From the IMG/VR virus record IMGVR_UViG_3300025605_000006: 64,000 bases of DNA, one strand, 5' to 3'. Of this stretch, positions 1 through 9,800 are shown piece by piece. The notes under the pieces are model-generated. The model saw nothing but the letters and a program-made list of their open reading frames with translations, was not told the DNA's origin and did not search any database. A program made the position numbers and the translations under genes. Within the stretch, counting starts at the first letter, position 1. The number at the start of each line of letters is the position of its first letter. Origin of the DNA: an uncultured virus (IMG/VR IMGVR_UViG_3300025605_000006). Its lineage: Duplodnaviria > Heunggongvirae > Uroviricota > Caudoviricetes.

Positions 1-39
1 GCCTGCCTACAATCTCGACTACGTTCCCCCCACTGTATA

Positions 40-348
40 ATGGCCGTCGTGGTAGAAAAAGACACTCTTGAGGTAGTCATCTCCGATGATTATCATGTAG
101 CTCGGATCATCATGAAGGATGATTGGCAGTGGACTCCGCAAAGGATAAAGAAGGCTGTGGTGGTGGCCAGGACAGTGGATATTGACAGGTTGAGGAACCT
201 GAATGGAGCCCTGGTTTACTTTGCTGGATACCCGGAATGCTTCGAGTCCATTCTTTCGGCCCTAAACAATGGTTTCTATCCGGTGGGCAACCCCTTCAAG
301 GGTTCTACTGTGGACACTAGTCTTCTAGGTTCTCGAACTGCTCCCTGA
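40..348 (+). CDS. hypothetical protein
   Basis: 102-aa ORF with protein-like composition; no motif recognised. Confidence 0.55.
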   Translation: MAVVVEKDTLEVVISDDYHVARIIMKDDWQWTPQRIKKAVVVARTVDIDRLRNLNGALVYFAGYPECFESILSALNNGFYPVGNPFKGSTVDTSLLGSRTAP

Positions 349-508
349 GCGACTCTAGAGCCTTCGCTAGTCCCCCGTTGACAAACTCGGCTACCATGTC
401 GCCAGGGACAGCCATCTGATCTACGTCGACAGGGATGAGGTTTTCTCCGTCGTCAAGGTACACGATTGGCAACACCAACAGTTGAGCTACTCGCATTTTC
501 TTTGACAT
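317..508 (-). CDS. hypothetical protein
   Basis: 63-aa ORF filling the gap, protein-like composition. Confidence 0.45.
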   Translation of the reverse strand: MSKKMRVAQLLVLPIVYLDDGENLIPVDVDQMAVPGDMVAEFVNGGLAKALESLREQFENLED

Positions 509-523
509 AAGGAGAGCCTACCA

Positions 524-892
524 ATGAAGGAAAAGATCCTGTCATTAACGAAGGACGATTTCGAGTGGAAAGCCATCAGGTCCGGAGGGCCTGGCGGACA
601 GCATCGAAACAAGGTCGCTACAGGCATCAGGGTTTTCCATCGACCGTCTGGAGCTAAGGCTGAGGCCACGGAGGAAAGATCACAGTTCCTCAATCAGCGA
701 AAAGCCTTCCAGCGCATCACGTCGGACCCTACCTTTAAGTTGTGGTTGAAGATAACTGCACAGAAGCTGACGGGGATTCCCACACCTGAAGAGATGGTGG
801 AAAAGTCCTTGAGGCCCGAGAACCTCAAGATTGAGACGAGGAACGACAGTGGGAAGTGGGAGGAAGTGGATGCCGTCGATTTGGGGGTATGA
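524..892 (+). CDS. RF-1 domain peptidyl-tRNA hydrolase (class I release factor / ArfB-like)
   Basis: AIRSGGPGGQHRNKVATGIRVFHRPSG...ERSQFLN with catalytic GGQ; AAGGAG SD upstream. Confidence 0.9.
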   Translation: MKEKILSLTKDDFEWKAIRSGGPGGQHRNKVATGIRVFHRPSGAKAEATEERSQFLNQRKAFQRITSDPTFKLWLKITAQKLTGIPTPEEMVEKSLRPENLKIETRNDSGKWEEVDAVDLGV

Positions 893-1181
893 ATTGACAG
901 CCCCCCTGGCTCCCATCGCTGGGAGGGCAGAGTTCGTTGAATGGCTTGATGTGGTTAGTGATGCAAGCTCTAGGTGTTTCAGCCTAATTCTCAAGAGTAA
1001 TCGTGAGCTTGAGTTGAATCTGTTTGTGGTAGATGAGAACGGGAGGCCCATTTGCCGGGACGAAGGAGAAGGCAGTCCCTCTGCCGTTTCAGAATCTGTT
1101 CTCCTTAAGCTAGACTCAGAACCACCCGCAAGCGTTAGGGAATTTCTTCGTGCAAGCCTGTTTGACGTGCGCCCAACTTAA
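831..1181 (+). CDS. hypothetical protein (start uncertain)
   Basis: ORF tiling between neighbours. Confidence 0.4.
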   Translation: MRRGTTVGSGRKWMPSIWGYELTAPLAPIAGRAEFVEWLDVVSDASSRCFSLILKSNRELELNLFVVDENGRPICRDEGEGSPSAVSESVLLKLDSEPPASVREFLRASLFDVRPT

Positions 1182-1449
1182 GGATAGGGCCTACCTGTCC
1201 ATGATCCACCGGAAGCTGACAAGCATCTTTGAGGCTTCCCCGTGTAGTCTGTGTGGAGAGACGGACGTCAGGCTTCTAGTCTTTGCTGGGGGTTCCAAAG
1301 TCTACGAAATGATAGCGGCTCAAGAACCCTGGGTGCAGGTCAACAGGGAAATTCAGAAGTACGATGTTACCTGCGCCAACTGTTTCCAGATCATGCTGGC
1401 AGAGAAGGTGGGGAGGTGGGGCATCCCATCCCCTGATTCAATCTCGTAG
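1150..1449 (+). CDS. HNH-like zinc-binding protein, catalytic residues degenerate
   Basis: CSLCGETD...EIQKYDVTCANCF pattern of small phage HNH proteins; His residues missing. Confidence 0.55.
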   Translation: MQACLTCAQLKDRAYLSMIHRKLTSIFEASPCSLCGETDVRLLVFAGGSKVYEMIAAQEPWVQVNREIQKYDVTCANCFQIMLAEKVGRWGIPSPDSIS

Positions 1450-1506
1450 ATCGGGGTGCTACACTGTGGTCTTCCCAACTTACACATGACTATTGCGGAG
1501 GTAGAT

Positions 1507-1965
1507 ATGAACGGGAATCTCATCACCCTAGTTGGAAACCTTACGGGGGATCCTGACGTCAGGTTCACGTCAGCGGGGAAGGCTTACGCCAAGTTCTCCA
1601 TTGCTGACAACTTCTCGTACAAGAAGGGCGACGACTGGGAGAAGAAGACATCCTTCTTCGACTGCACTGCCTGGGGCGATATCGCTGAGAACATCGCTGA
1701 GTCTCTGACCCAGGGTGCGCGAGTCATCGCTTGCGGTCGCGTCGAGCAGCAGAACTGGGAGACAGAGGGGGGCGAGCGTCGATCCAAGCTTGCCGTCGAG
1801 ATCGATTCGATCGGTCCTGATCTCCGATTCGCTGTTGCCGAGGTCACCAAGATCGAGCAGGAGGGCTCCCCTGCCCCCAAGCGGTCCAAGAGCGACAGTG
1901 GCAGCAGGGGAACCAAGCGTGGCTCTCGTCGCCAGGAGGAGTACGACGACGAGGAACCCTTCTGA
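1507..1965 (+). CDS. ssb: single-stranded DNA-binding protein
   Basis: TLVGNLTGDPDVRFT...FFDCTAWGDIAENIAESL...IGPDLRFA, acidic tail DDEEPF; GGAGG SD before ATG 1507. Confidence 0.97.
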   Translation: MNGNLITLVGNLTGDPDVRFTSAGKAYAKFSIADNFSYKKGDDWEKKTSFFDCTAWGDIAENIAESLTQGARVIACGRVEQQNWETEGGERRSKLAVEIDSIGPDLRFAVAEVTKIEQEGSPAPKRSKSDSGSRGTKRGSRRQEEYDDEEPF

Positions 1966-1991
1966 GTAGAAGTTAGTGGTGGCGGGGTGCG

Positions 1992-2034
1992 AGTTTAGGG
2001 GGTGGGTTCACTTGGGTGGCCCATCCCCTAAACT
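1992..2034 (+). terminator. stem-loop after ssb
   Basis: AGTTTAGGGGGTGGG...CCCATCCCCTAAACT inverted repeat. Confidence 0.7.
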
Positions 2035-2040
2035 ATTTAC

Positions 2041-2382
2041 ATGGCCACACTTGTCACTCAACAGATTTCTGGAACCGGACTGAGTCCCATTTACCTGGCA
2101 GCTTCCGCATCTGGAGATAAGGTTGCTCCCGATGCACGCACTTTCCTCCATGTGGCTTGTGCTGGCGCTTCAGCTTCAGTTACGGTTACCGTGACGGATA
2201 CGATGACGGCAGAGCCTGCGGGGGCTGCTAGTTTCGATCCCGATCTTCAGGTTGTCATTGAGCCGGGTGGAGGTCGATTCATCGGACCCATTAATGCTGA
2301 AAGGTTCATGAATCAGCTCGGGTTTGCTGACATTTCGTATGACGAAACCTATGGCGTTGAAGTGGCAGCCTTCAGAGTGTGA
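2041..2382 (+). CDS. hypothetical protein, possibly virion-associated
   Basis: 113-aa Ala/Thr/Gly-rich ORF with beta-type composition. Confidence 0.6.
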   Translation: MATLVTQQISGTGLSPIYLAASASGDKVAPDARTFLHVACAGASASVTVTVTDTMTAEPAGAASFDPDLQVVIEPGGGRFIGPINAERFMNQLGFADISYDETYGVEVAAFRV

Positions 2383-2421
2383 ATTATTCCATTTCTGAGC
2401 GTATTCTTGTAAAATGTTCAA

Positions 2422-2730
2422 ATGGAAACGAAGCAGTGTTCAGCTTGCGGGATAGAGAAGGACCTGCTCAGCTTTCACAGGGATTCTAATCGTCCCGATG
2501 GGCGCAGGAGCGCCTGCAAAGATTGTCGGTCACAGAAGAACGCACGGCCAGAGAGGGCCGTTCTCCCCCCTGTTGAACCACCTCCAATGGACAGGGGTGA
2601 CCTGATGAAGCTAGCTAGAGCTAGGGCTATCAAGGATACAGTAGAGTCCAACTTTCCTGAGTTTCAGAGAAGGTACGCTGACCATTTGAGGAAGCTTGAG
2701 CTACAACGGGTTTGGCATTCCTTGAACTGA
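2422..2730 (+). CDS. zinc-finger protein (HNH-associated N-terminal type)
   Basis: KQCSACGIEKDLLSFHRD...DGRRSACKDC. Confidence 0.65.
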   Translation: METKQCSACGIEKDLLSFHRDSNRPDGRRSACKDCRSQKNARPERAVLPPVEPPPMDRGDLMKLARARAIKDTVESNFPEFQRRYADHLRKLELQRVWHSLN

Positions 2731-2772
2731 ACCAGGCCGCTTCTTGAAGAATGAGCTTGTACTCTTTCCCTC

Positions 2773-3324
2773 ATGGCAATCATCGCTCTTTCAGGCTACG
2801 CCCGCAGCGGTAAGGATACTATCGCTGACCATCTTGAGTCCCTAGGGTGGCATCGGGCAGCCTTTGCTCAGACCTTGAGGGCTTCTCTGGAGGCACTAAA
2901 CCCGATTATCACTTCAAGCGACGAGGGGTTTCTTAGGTACAGGGACATCCTTGGACTTGTTGGATATGAGGCAGGCAAGGAGATCTACCCTGAGTTCCGT
3001 GAGCTTTTGCAGCGAATGGGGACCGAAGTGGGGCGCAACCTGTTGGGTCAGAACATTTGGGTGGAGGCAACCATGAAGAGAATTCAGGAGGCACCAAGTG
3101 GAACGTCCTGGGTGCTTACTGATTGCAGATTTCCGAACGAGTTTGAGGCAGTTAAGGCTGCTGGTGGCTCCGTTTGGAGGGTTGTCCGCCCAGGCATAGA
3201 GGCAGCTAACCAGCATCCAAGTGAGGTTGCCTTGGATGCTGCTACATTTGACGCTGTCCTCCTTAACGACAGCACCATAGAGGTTCTGTTTGAGCAAGTC
3301 GACTACTATCTCGGGTTGCTCTGA
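2773..3324 (+). CDS. deoxynucleoside monophosphate kinase
   Basis: IIALSGYARSGKDT P-loop, RELLQRMGTEVGR, LTDCRFPNE, HPSE motifs. Confidence 0.92.
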   Translation: MAIIALSGYARSGKDTIADHLESLGWHRAAFAQTLRASLEALNPIITSSDEGFLRYRDILGLVGYEAGKEIYPEFRELLQRMGTEVGRNLLGQNIWVEATMKRIQEAPSGTSWVLTDCRFPNEFEAVKAAGGSVWRVVRPGIEAANQHPSEVALDAATFDAVLLNDSTIEVLFEQVDYYLGLL

Positions 3325-4658
3325 TGGCCTCAGCCCCCCACGATAAGGATGCGGAGAGGGCTGTCCTGGGAGCTATCCTCGTTTCTGATAGCACCCTACC
3401 GGAGGTAGCGGATTTGGTGGAAGTCGATGACTTCTACATCCCTTCCAACAAGAAGCTCTATTCGTGCATGCTGGATATCTACAAGGCCAGCGGGGACGTC
3501 AATCCCATTACAGTTCACGACGCTTTGAAGTTCGCTGACGCTTCGGATGGTGGTGGTGGGCCAGACTGGCCAAAGGAGCTTGTGGGCCTCCAGACGGCCG
3601 CTCCTGTCCTTTCTCAGGCTTCATCCTATGCCAAGATCGTCCGCAACAAGGCCGTCCTTAGGAGGCTACTGGAGGCGAGTCGGGAGATTCAGGAACGGTG
3701 CCTCTTGAGTCCCTCCCTCATTGATGACCTCGTGCAGGATGCCGAGAGTCTAGTTTTCGAGGCTTCAGCCAGAGTGCAGACCTCCTCGCTGGAGGAAGCC
3801 GGGGATGTTCTAGCCTCCACTTTCGATAACGTCGCTGATTCCTGGTTGTCTCCCGGTGGAGTTGTAGGTGTTCCTACGGGCTACAAGGACATTGACTATA
3901 AATTGAGTGGCCTCAGAAGGGGGGCCTTGGTTGTTCTTGGTGCCAGGCCAGGCATGGGTAAATCTGCCCTAGCTTTGAACATTGCTTCTCACGTTGCCAT
4001 AGACTTGAACCTTCCCGTTCTGTATTTCAGTATCGAGATGCAGAACGAAGAAATCCTCAGTAGGCTTTTGACCAGCATCTCTCACGTCAATTTTTCTTCC
4101 AGGGATGGACGGAAACTCGTTCTTTCCTCAAAGGATTGGATTGACTTGAATGAGGCTGCCCAGAAGGTAGCAGCGGCCCCATTGCTGTTTGATGATTCGT
4201 CTGAACCAACTGTTCTTGATGTCATGTCTAGGGCGAAGAAGGTTCAGGCGAAGTATGGACAGCTAGGATTGATTGTGGTGGACTACTTGCAGCTCATGCG
4301 ATCCTCGGGTCAACGCGAATCGAGGCAGCTTGAGGTTTCCGAGATTTCCAGAAAGCTGAAGACGGTAGCCAAAGACCTGAATTGCCCAGTGCTGGCTCTT
4401 TCTCAGCTTTCTAGAGGTCTTGAAGGCAGGCAGAACAAACGCCCCATGCTCTCAGACCTGAGAGAGTCTGGGGCCATCGAACAGGATGCTGACGTAGTTT
4501 CCTTCCTGTATCGTGACGATTACTACAACGAAGATTCGGAAGACAAGGGTTTTGCTGAGCTGATTATCAGCAAGCATAGGCAGGGCTCCATGGGAACCCT
4601 CAAGCTTGGTTGGCTCCCAAATCAGATGAGATTCGCAACACTGGCGCGTGGCGAGTAG
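3324..4658 (+). CDS. dnaB: replicative DNA helicase
   Basis: PHDKDAERAVLGAIL; GARPGMGKS; IVVDYLQLM; LSQLSR; SDLRESGAIEQDAD. Confidence 0.97.
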   Translation: MASAPHDKDAERAVLGAILVSDSTLPEVADLVEVDDFYIPSNKKLYSCMLDIYKASGDVNPITVHDALKFADASDGGGGPDWPKELVGLQTAAPVLSQASSYAKIVRNKAVLRRLLEASREIQERCLLSPSLIDDLVQDAESLVFEASARVQTSSLEEAGDVLASTFDNVADSWLSPGGVVGVPTGYKDIDYKLSGLRRGALVVLGARPGMGKSALALNIASHVAIDLNLPVLYFSIEMQNEEILSRLLTSISHVNFSSRDGRKLVLSSKDWIDLNEAAQKVAAAPLLFDDSSEPTVLDVMSRAKKVQAKYGQLGLIVVDYLQLMRSSGQRESRQLEVSEISRKLKTVAKDLNCPVLALSQLSRGLEGRQNKRPMLSDLRESGAIEQDADVVSFLYRDDYYNEDSEDKGFAELIISKHRQGSMGTLKLGWLPNQMRFATLARGE

Positions 4659-4703
4659 CTACACTAGGCGTTCGTGATAGCATCGACTAGACGAGAGGTA
4701 AGC

Positions 4704-4988
4704 ATGCCTGAAAGCATAGACTTCTACAAAGAGTCCAGCCTTGAAGCAGGCCGCTCTGGGACACACAACGTGAACGGCTTGGTGGCCCTCCTGCTGGAGA
4801 TGGATGAACCTGAACGGTCCTCCCTGCTCCGGGCGCTGTACGATCCGAAGATTCCAGCCAAGGTCATTTTCCGAGTCCTTCAGAAGAACGGGTATAGCGT
4901 TTCTTACGATCAAGTCAGGCGCTTCGTCAATGCAGAGGCCTGGATACCACCAGAACTACGATTCGAGGAGAGTCATGAGTCTCAGTGA
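4704..4988 (+). CDS. hypothetical protein (possible small helical DNA-binding protein)
   Basis: GAGG SD before ATG 4704; overlaps the next gene. Confidence 0.55.
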   Translation: MPESIDFYKESSLEAGRSGTHNVNGLVALLLEMDEPERSSLLRALYDPKIPAKVIFRVLQKNGYSVSYDQVRRFVNAEAWIPPELRFEESHESQ

Positions 4989-6045
4989 AGACCTAGACCA
5001 GGCCACAGCTGGCCTTGGCGAAGTGCCAGTCGAGAAATTTGAAAAGGTCAAACTGGAAAACAGGAACTTGAAGACCCGAACGGGTCGCCTGGAGAAGCAG
5101 ATTGCCGACCTAGAGGAATTTGTTGACCAGCTGGTCACTATAGATGAGGCTGAGCTGGAAGTTCCGAAGTGGACCCTGCCGAAGGCAAACAAGAATCACT
5201 CCAAAGCTATTGCCACTTTGATGATTTCCGACTGTCACTTTGACGAGGTGGTCAACCCTGACGAGATCGAAGGGCTCAATGCTTACAATCGTGAGATTGC
5301 CCAGCAGCGCCTCAAGAGGTCATTCGAGAAGACGATCATGATGACGGATCGGTACTTCACCGGATTCGATTACGAAGGGCTAAACCTGTTCCTGGGCGGA
5401 GACATGGTCACCGGAACCCTTCACGACCTAGCAGAAACCAATGAAGCTCACCTTCCTGAAACTGTACTGTTCTGGTCAGAGGAGCTGTCTGCTGGAATTG
5501 AGATGATGGTTGAAAGATTCGGGAAGGTTCATGTTTCTGGCGTGGTGGGCAATCATGGTCGCCTGACCTTGAAGCCAAGAACCAAGGGGCGAGTTAGGGA
5601 CAACGTAGATTGGCTCATCTACAAGCTCCTCGAACGTGAGTTCCGCTCCGATGATCGAGTGACCTTCCAGATCCCTGAGTCAGCAGACTGCATGGTTCCG
5701 ATCTACAACACAACCTACAGGTTGACTCATGGTGATCAGTTCAGGGGCGGGAACGGGATTGCCGGTATCGCAACAGCGATGGTGAGGGGAGATGCCCGCA
5801 AGCGCAAGCTTTCAATGGACACCGGACGACATTACGATGTGCTTGTTATGGGGCACTTCCATCAGCTTACCCATTACAAGTCGATCATTGTCAACGGAGC
5901 GAACAAGGGGTACGATGAGTACGCTTACTTGAATGGCTTCGAGTTTGAGCCCCCACAGCAGGCCTTCTGGGTAACGACCCCGACGAATGCCATTGTATGC
6001 AATGCCCCCATCCTCACTATGGACCGAAAGAAGGAAAAGTGGTAG
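4975..6045 (+). CDS. calcineurin-like metallophosphoesterase with N-terminal coiled coil
   Basis: ISDCHFD, GGDMV, GNHG, THGD, GHFH motifs; GAGGAG SD. Confidence 0.88.
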   Translation: MSLSEDLDQATAGLGEVPVEKFEKVKLENRNLKTRTGRLEKQIADLEEFVDQLVTIDEAELEVPKWTLPKANKNHSKAIATLMISDCHFDEVVNPDEIEGLNAYNREIAQQRLKRSFEKTIMMTDRYFTGFDYEGLNLFLGGDMVTGTLHDLAETNEAHLPETVLFWSEELSAGIEMMVERFGKVHVSGVVGNHGRLTLKPRTKGRVRDNVDWLIYKLLEREFRSDDRVTFQIPESADCMVPIYNTTYRLTHGDQFRGGNGIAGIATAMVRGDARKRKLSMDTGRHYDVLVMGHFHQLTHYKSIIVNGANKGYDEYAYLNGFEFEPPQQAFWVTTPTNAIVCNAPILTMDRKKEKW

Positions 6046-6614
6046 ACCCTGATGACGTTGCCTTCATTTGCCTGGATCTAGAAACTACGGGCCTGTCTCC
6101 CGACACGGAATGGATTCTAGAGGTGGGCATTACTGTGGCCGACAAGGAACTACATGAACTTGCATCGTTTGAATCCTTGGTGTGGCCGGGTGATGCTGGC
6201 CCACTGGACAACCTGGACAGGGTTGTTCGATACATGCATCAGGAGAGTGGACTCCTGTCAGAACTACTTGAGGGCGGAAAAGAGGTCCCAACAGCTGATG
6301 TTGTGGAATCGAGAGCCCTGGATTGGCTCAAGTCTTTTGGACTCCCTCCGGGGAAGTTCCCGCTCATGGGAAGCACTGTTCATTTTGACAGAGCCTTTTT
6401 GAAGGTCCACATGCCTGACCTGGAGTCCTTTTTCCACTATAGGAACATTGATGTCTCCTCCATCAAGGAGATTTCCAAGGTCTGGCACCCAAACGATGGA
6501 TGGGTGGGCTCCAAAGAGAAGAGGCATAGGGCCTTGGATGATGTTTCCTCCACCATTGAAGAAGCCTCCTTCTATTATGAGAAGTTCTTCAACGGATACA
6601 GCGAGGGTCAGTGA
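6039..6614 (+). CDS. orn: oligoribonuclease (DEDDh 3'-5' exonuclease)
   Basis: LDLETTGL, MHQESGL, GSTVHFDRAFL, FHYRNIDVSSIKE, HRALDD. Confidence 0.92.
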   Translation: MVDPDDVAFICLDLETTGLSPDTEWILEVGITVADKELHELASFESLVWPGDAGPLDNLDRVVRYMHQESGLLSELLEGGKEVPTADVVESRALDWLKSFGLPPGKFPLMGSTVHFDRAFLKVHMPDLESFFHYRNIDVSSIKEISKVWHPNDGWVGSKEKRHRALDDVSSTIEEASFYYEKFFNGYSEGQ

Positions 6615-6790
6615 TGCCAAGGTATGCCTACATTCTTTCCGCCACGAAGGGCGATGTCCTAGTAAAGGACGAGAATGGCGAGACCTTCGCTGTCGCTTCG
6701 ACTCTAGAAGAAGCACTTGTGAAGCGTGACGAATACGACGCTTTGAGGAACCTTCCCGATCTCAGCGATCGTGTTCATCCTGAGAGATAG
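6614..6790 (+). CDS. small hypothetical protein (58 aa, absent from ORF track)
   Basis: MPRYAYILSATKGDVLV...; ATG overlaps the orn stop (TGATG). Confidence 0.6.
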   Translation: MPRYAYILSATKGDVLVKDENGETFAVASTLEEALVKRDEYDALRNLPDLSDRVHPER

Positions 6791-6899
6791 CTCAGAGCCA
6801 ACATCTCTCCACTTGAAATTGGAGGGTTAGCCAGATTCCTGGAACTCTCCATGCTATAGTCAATTCCTGTCCACCCCCCCCTACCAGATTGAGGTTTCA

Positions 6900-9800
6900 G
6901 TGTCAGAGTTCCTTTCCTTTCGTCTTTCAGATTCCTTTGTTGAGCAGTACGCTAACAAGTCCATTCCGTGGGGGTTTAACATCCACGAAGGCCTGAGCCT
7001 AGGGGAACTGACCTACATCAGCAAGTACTCAAGGATCAAGGATGACGGGACCAAGGAGCGCTGGCACGAAACTTGCCGTAGGGTAGTCGAGGGCATGTTC
7101 TCAATCCAAAAGGATTGGTGCAGGGGTCAGCGGACACCCTGGAATGACCACAAGGCCCAGAAGGCTGCCCAGGACGCTTACGACCGGATGTTCAACTTCA
7201 AGTGGACCCCTCCCGGTCGAGGCATGTGGGCCATGGGCACAGAGATGACTGTTGGAAATTCCAACTCAGCCCCCCTGTACAACTGCTTCGATGGGGAAAC
7301 CCTGGCTTTGACCACTAGAGGCTGGAAGACCCTAAGAAGCCTCTCTGGCACCACGCCCACTCTGTTGAGTAGGGGGGGTAAGTGGATTGAAGCCCCAGTT
7401 TCCTCTTTTGGAGAGGAGGAGCTATGGGAAGTTACGGTCAAGGGGGCGGGAGAGACCCTCTCATTCCTGACTACAGAAAACCACCGTTGGTTCGTCAAGG
7501 GCAAGCAGGAATCAGGTGGTTCCAGCGCTGACTACAGAGAGGTTTCGACTCGCGACCTGAGGCCAGCACATGTACTTCAGGAGGTGTACGAGCAAGGAGT
7601 TAACTCGACTTCGGAGGAATCCTGGACCGTTGTCAATGTTGAGTGCACGGGCAGGAGGGCGGAAGTTTTCTGTGCTACCGTCCCGGATGAAGCTGCATTT
7701 GTAATCGAGGGCAACATTCTCACAGGAAACTGCGCCTGGATTTCGACAGAGAAAATCACTTCGCACTCCAAGTACGAAGCAACCCTTCCATTTGTGAGGC
7801 TCATGGACATGAGCATGAATGGCATTGGGGTTGGGTTCGATACGAAGGGCGCTGGCAACATCACCCTTCATGAGCCGAGTGGCGAGCCTGAAGTTTTTGT
7901 TGTCCCAGATACGAGGGAGGGGTGGGCCGACTCCGTGGGACACCTACTGGTGACATTTTTCTTGGCAGGGCAGAAGCCAGTCGAGTTCGACTACTCCTTG
8001 GTGAGGCCCGCTGGAGCCCCCCTCAAGACCTTCGGAGGTACGGCCTCAGGACCAGGCCCTCTCCAGAGCTTGCACGAATCAGTGAGAAGGCTTCTCTCTG
8101 ATCGCGAGGGGGAACCTCTAACCTCGCGTGACATTGTCGACATTCAGAACCTGATTGGAAAGGCAGTCGTTGCAGGAGGAGCGCGTCGCAGTGCTGAACT
8201 CGCACTCGGGTCACCCGACGACGAGGATTACATCAACCTGAAGAACTGGAATCTTCCAGAGAACGCTGAACGCACTGGCCCGGACGGTTGGAGCTGGAAT
8301 TCCAACAACTCTGTTGCGGCCGAAGTTTCTACTGATCTTTCCCACATCATCGAGTCCAACATCGTGAACGGTGAGCCTGGAATTGTCTGGCTTGACGTTG
8401 CCAGGAGCCGTGGGCGGCTGGCTGATCCTCCCGACAACAAGGACTATAGGGTCACTGGGGTTAACCCTTGCGTGACTGGCGATACATGGGTCCTGACCAG
8501 TAATGGGGCGAGGAAGGTAGTAGACCTTCTGGATTCCCCGTTTACAGCGGTAGTTGATGGTCAAGAGTACGCTTCTCCAACCGGGTTCTGGAAAACTGGT
8601 GAAAAGGATGTGTTCAAGGTCGTGTTCACGGACGGTCGCGAACTCAGGCTGACGGACAATCATCAGCTGCTCCGAGCGGATGGCCAGTGGGTTGAGCTGG
8701 CGGACTTGGAGGCTGGCGATGCCATCAAGGTGCATCGTCACGGGTCTTATTCTTGGGATGGCCCTGGGTCAGAATCGGAGGGCTACATGCTTGGCCACCT
8801 TATTGGTGACGGCACTTTCGATGACGCCAGAGCGTACCTGGCATGCTGGCCAGATCATGACAATGGGTCTGGTGCAGTTATGGCCACTCTCCTTGAGGAC
8901 GTTGAGGCTCTTGGGGTTGGACCGACCTTCAAGGGCTGGGTCAAGACTTCTAACCAGTATCGCTTGGGTACTGCTGGACTGACTAACCTGGCCGACAAGT
9001 TCGGAGTTTTCAGGGGCAACAAGACGATTACAGACAAGATCGAAGAGGGGTCCAGTGATTTCACGGCTGGCGTGCTGGCTGGCCTGTTCGACACGGATGG
9101 ATCAATTCAGGGGACGCAAACTAAGGGTGTTTCCGTTCGCCTGACATCAATTGACAGGGATATGCTCGGGGCAGCTCAAAGGATGCTTGGACGCCTTGGA
9201 ATCAACAGCACGATCTATTTCCGCAGGGAGACTTCTGAGGTCCTCTTGCCTGATGGTCGGGGGGGCAGCGCCCTTTACCAGAGGCAACCCCTTTGGGAAC
9301 TGATTGTATCAAGGGAGAACCTCTCCGTTTTCGCTGATCGTATCCCAATGAGGAACCCAGTGAAGGCAGCCAAGCTTAGGGATAGGCTCGCTGCCTACAA
9401 TCGTCCACTGCACAGGGATTCATTTGAATCGGTTATCGCTGCTATTGACCCAGATGGAACCGAAGAGGTTTACGATGCTACAGTTGAAGGCGTCCATGCC
9501 TTTGATGCTAATGGTCTCTGGGCGCATAATTGCGCTGAGATCCCCCTGGAATCTCATGAATTGTGCTGTGTCTCGGGCGAGACTCGAATCCAGACGAAGA
9601 CTGGAGCCCCCCGCATTGAGGATGTTGTGGATCAGGAGGTCGAGGTCTGGAATGGTGAATCCTGGTCGAAGGTGAGGCCCTTCCTGGCAGCCCACAACAA
9701 GGCTCTCTACAGGGTCACGCTCAGTGACGGCAGCCAGCTCGATGTGACCGATAATCATGAGTGGTCAGCTAAGCGCCCCACCGAGCGCTCATTCAAGAAA

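Noticed and set aside
524..892. Release-factor-like gene as a sign of stop-codon reassignment
   Set aside because: Conserved genes are full length in the standard code and end in TAA, TAG and TGA; the protein lacks a codon-recognition domain
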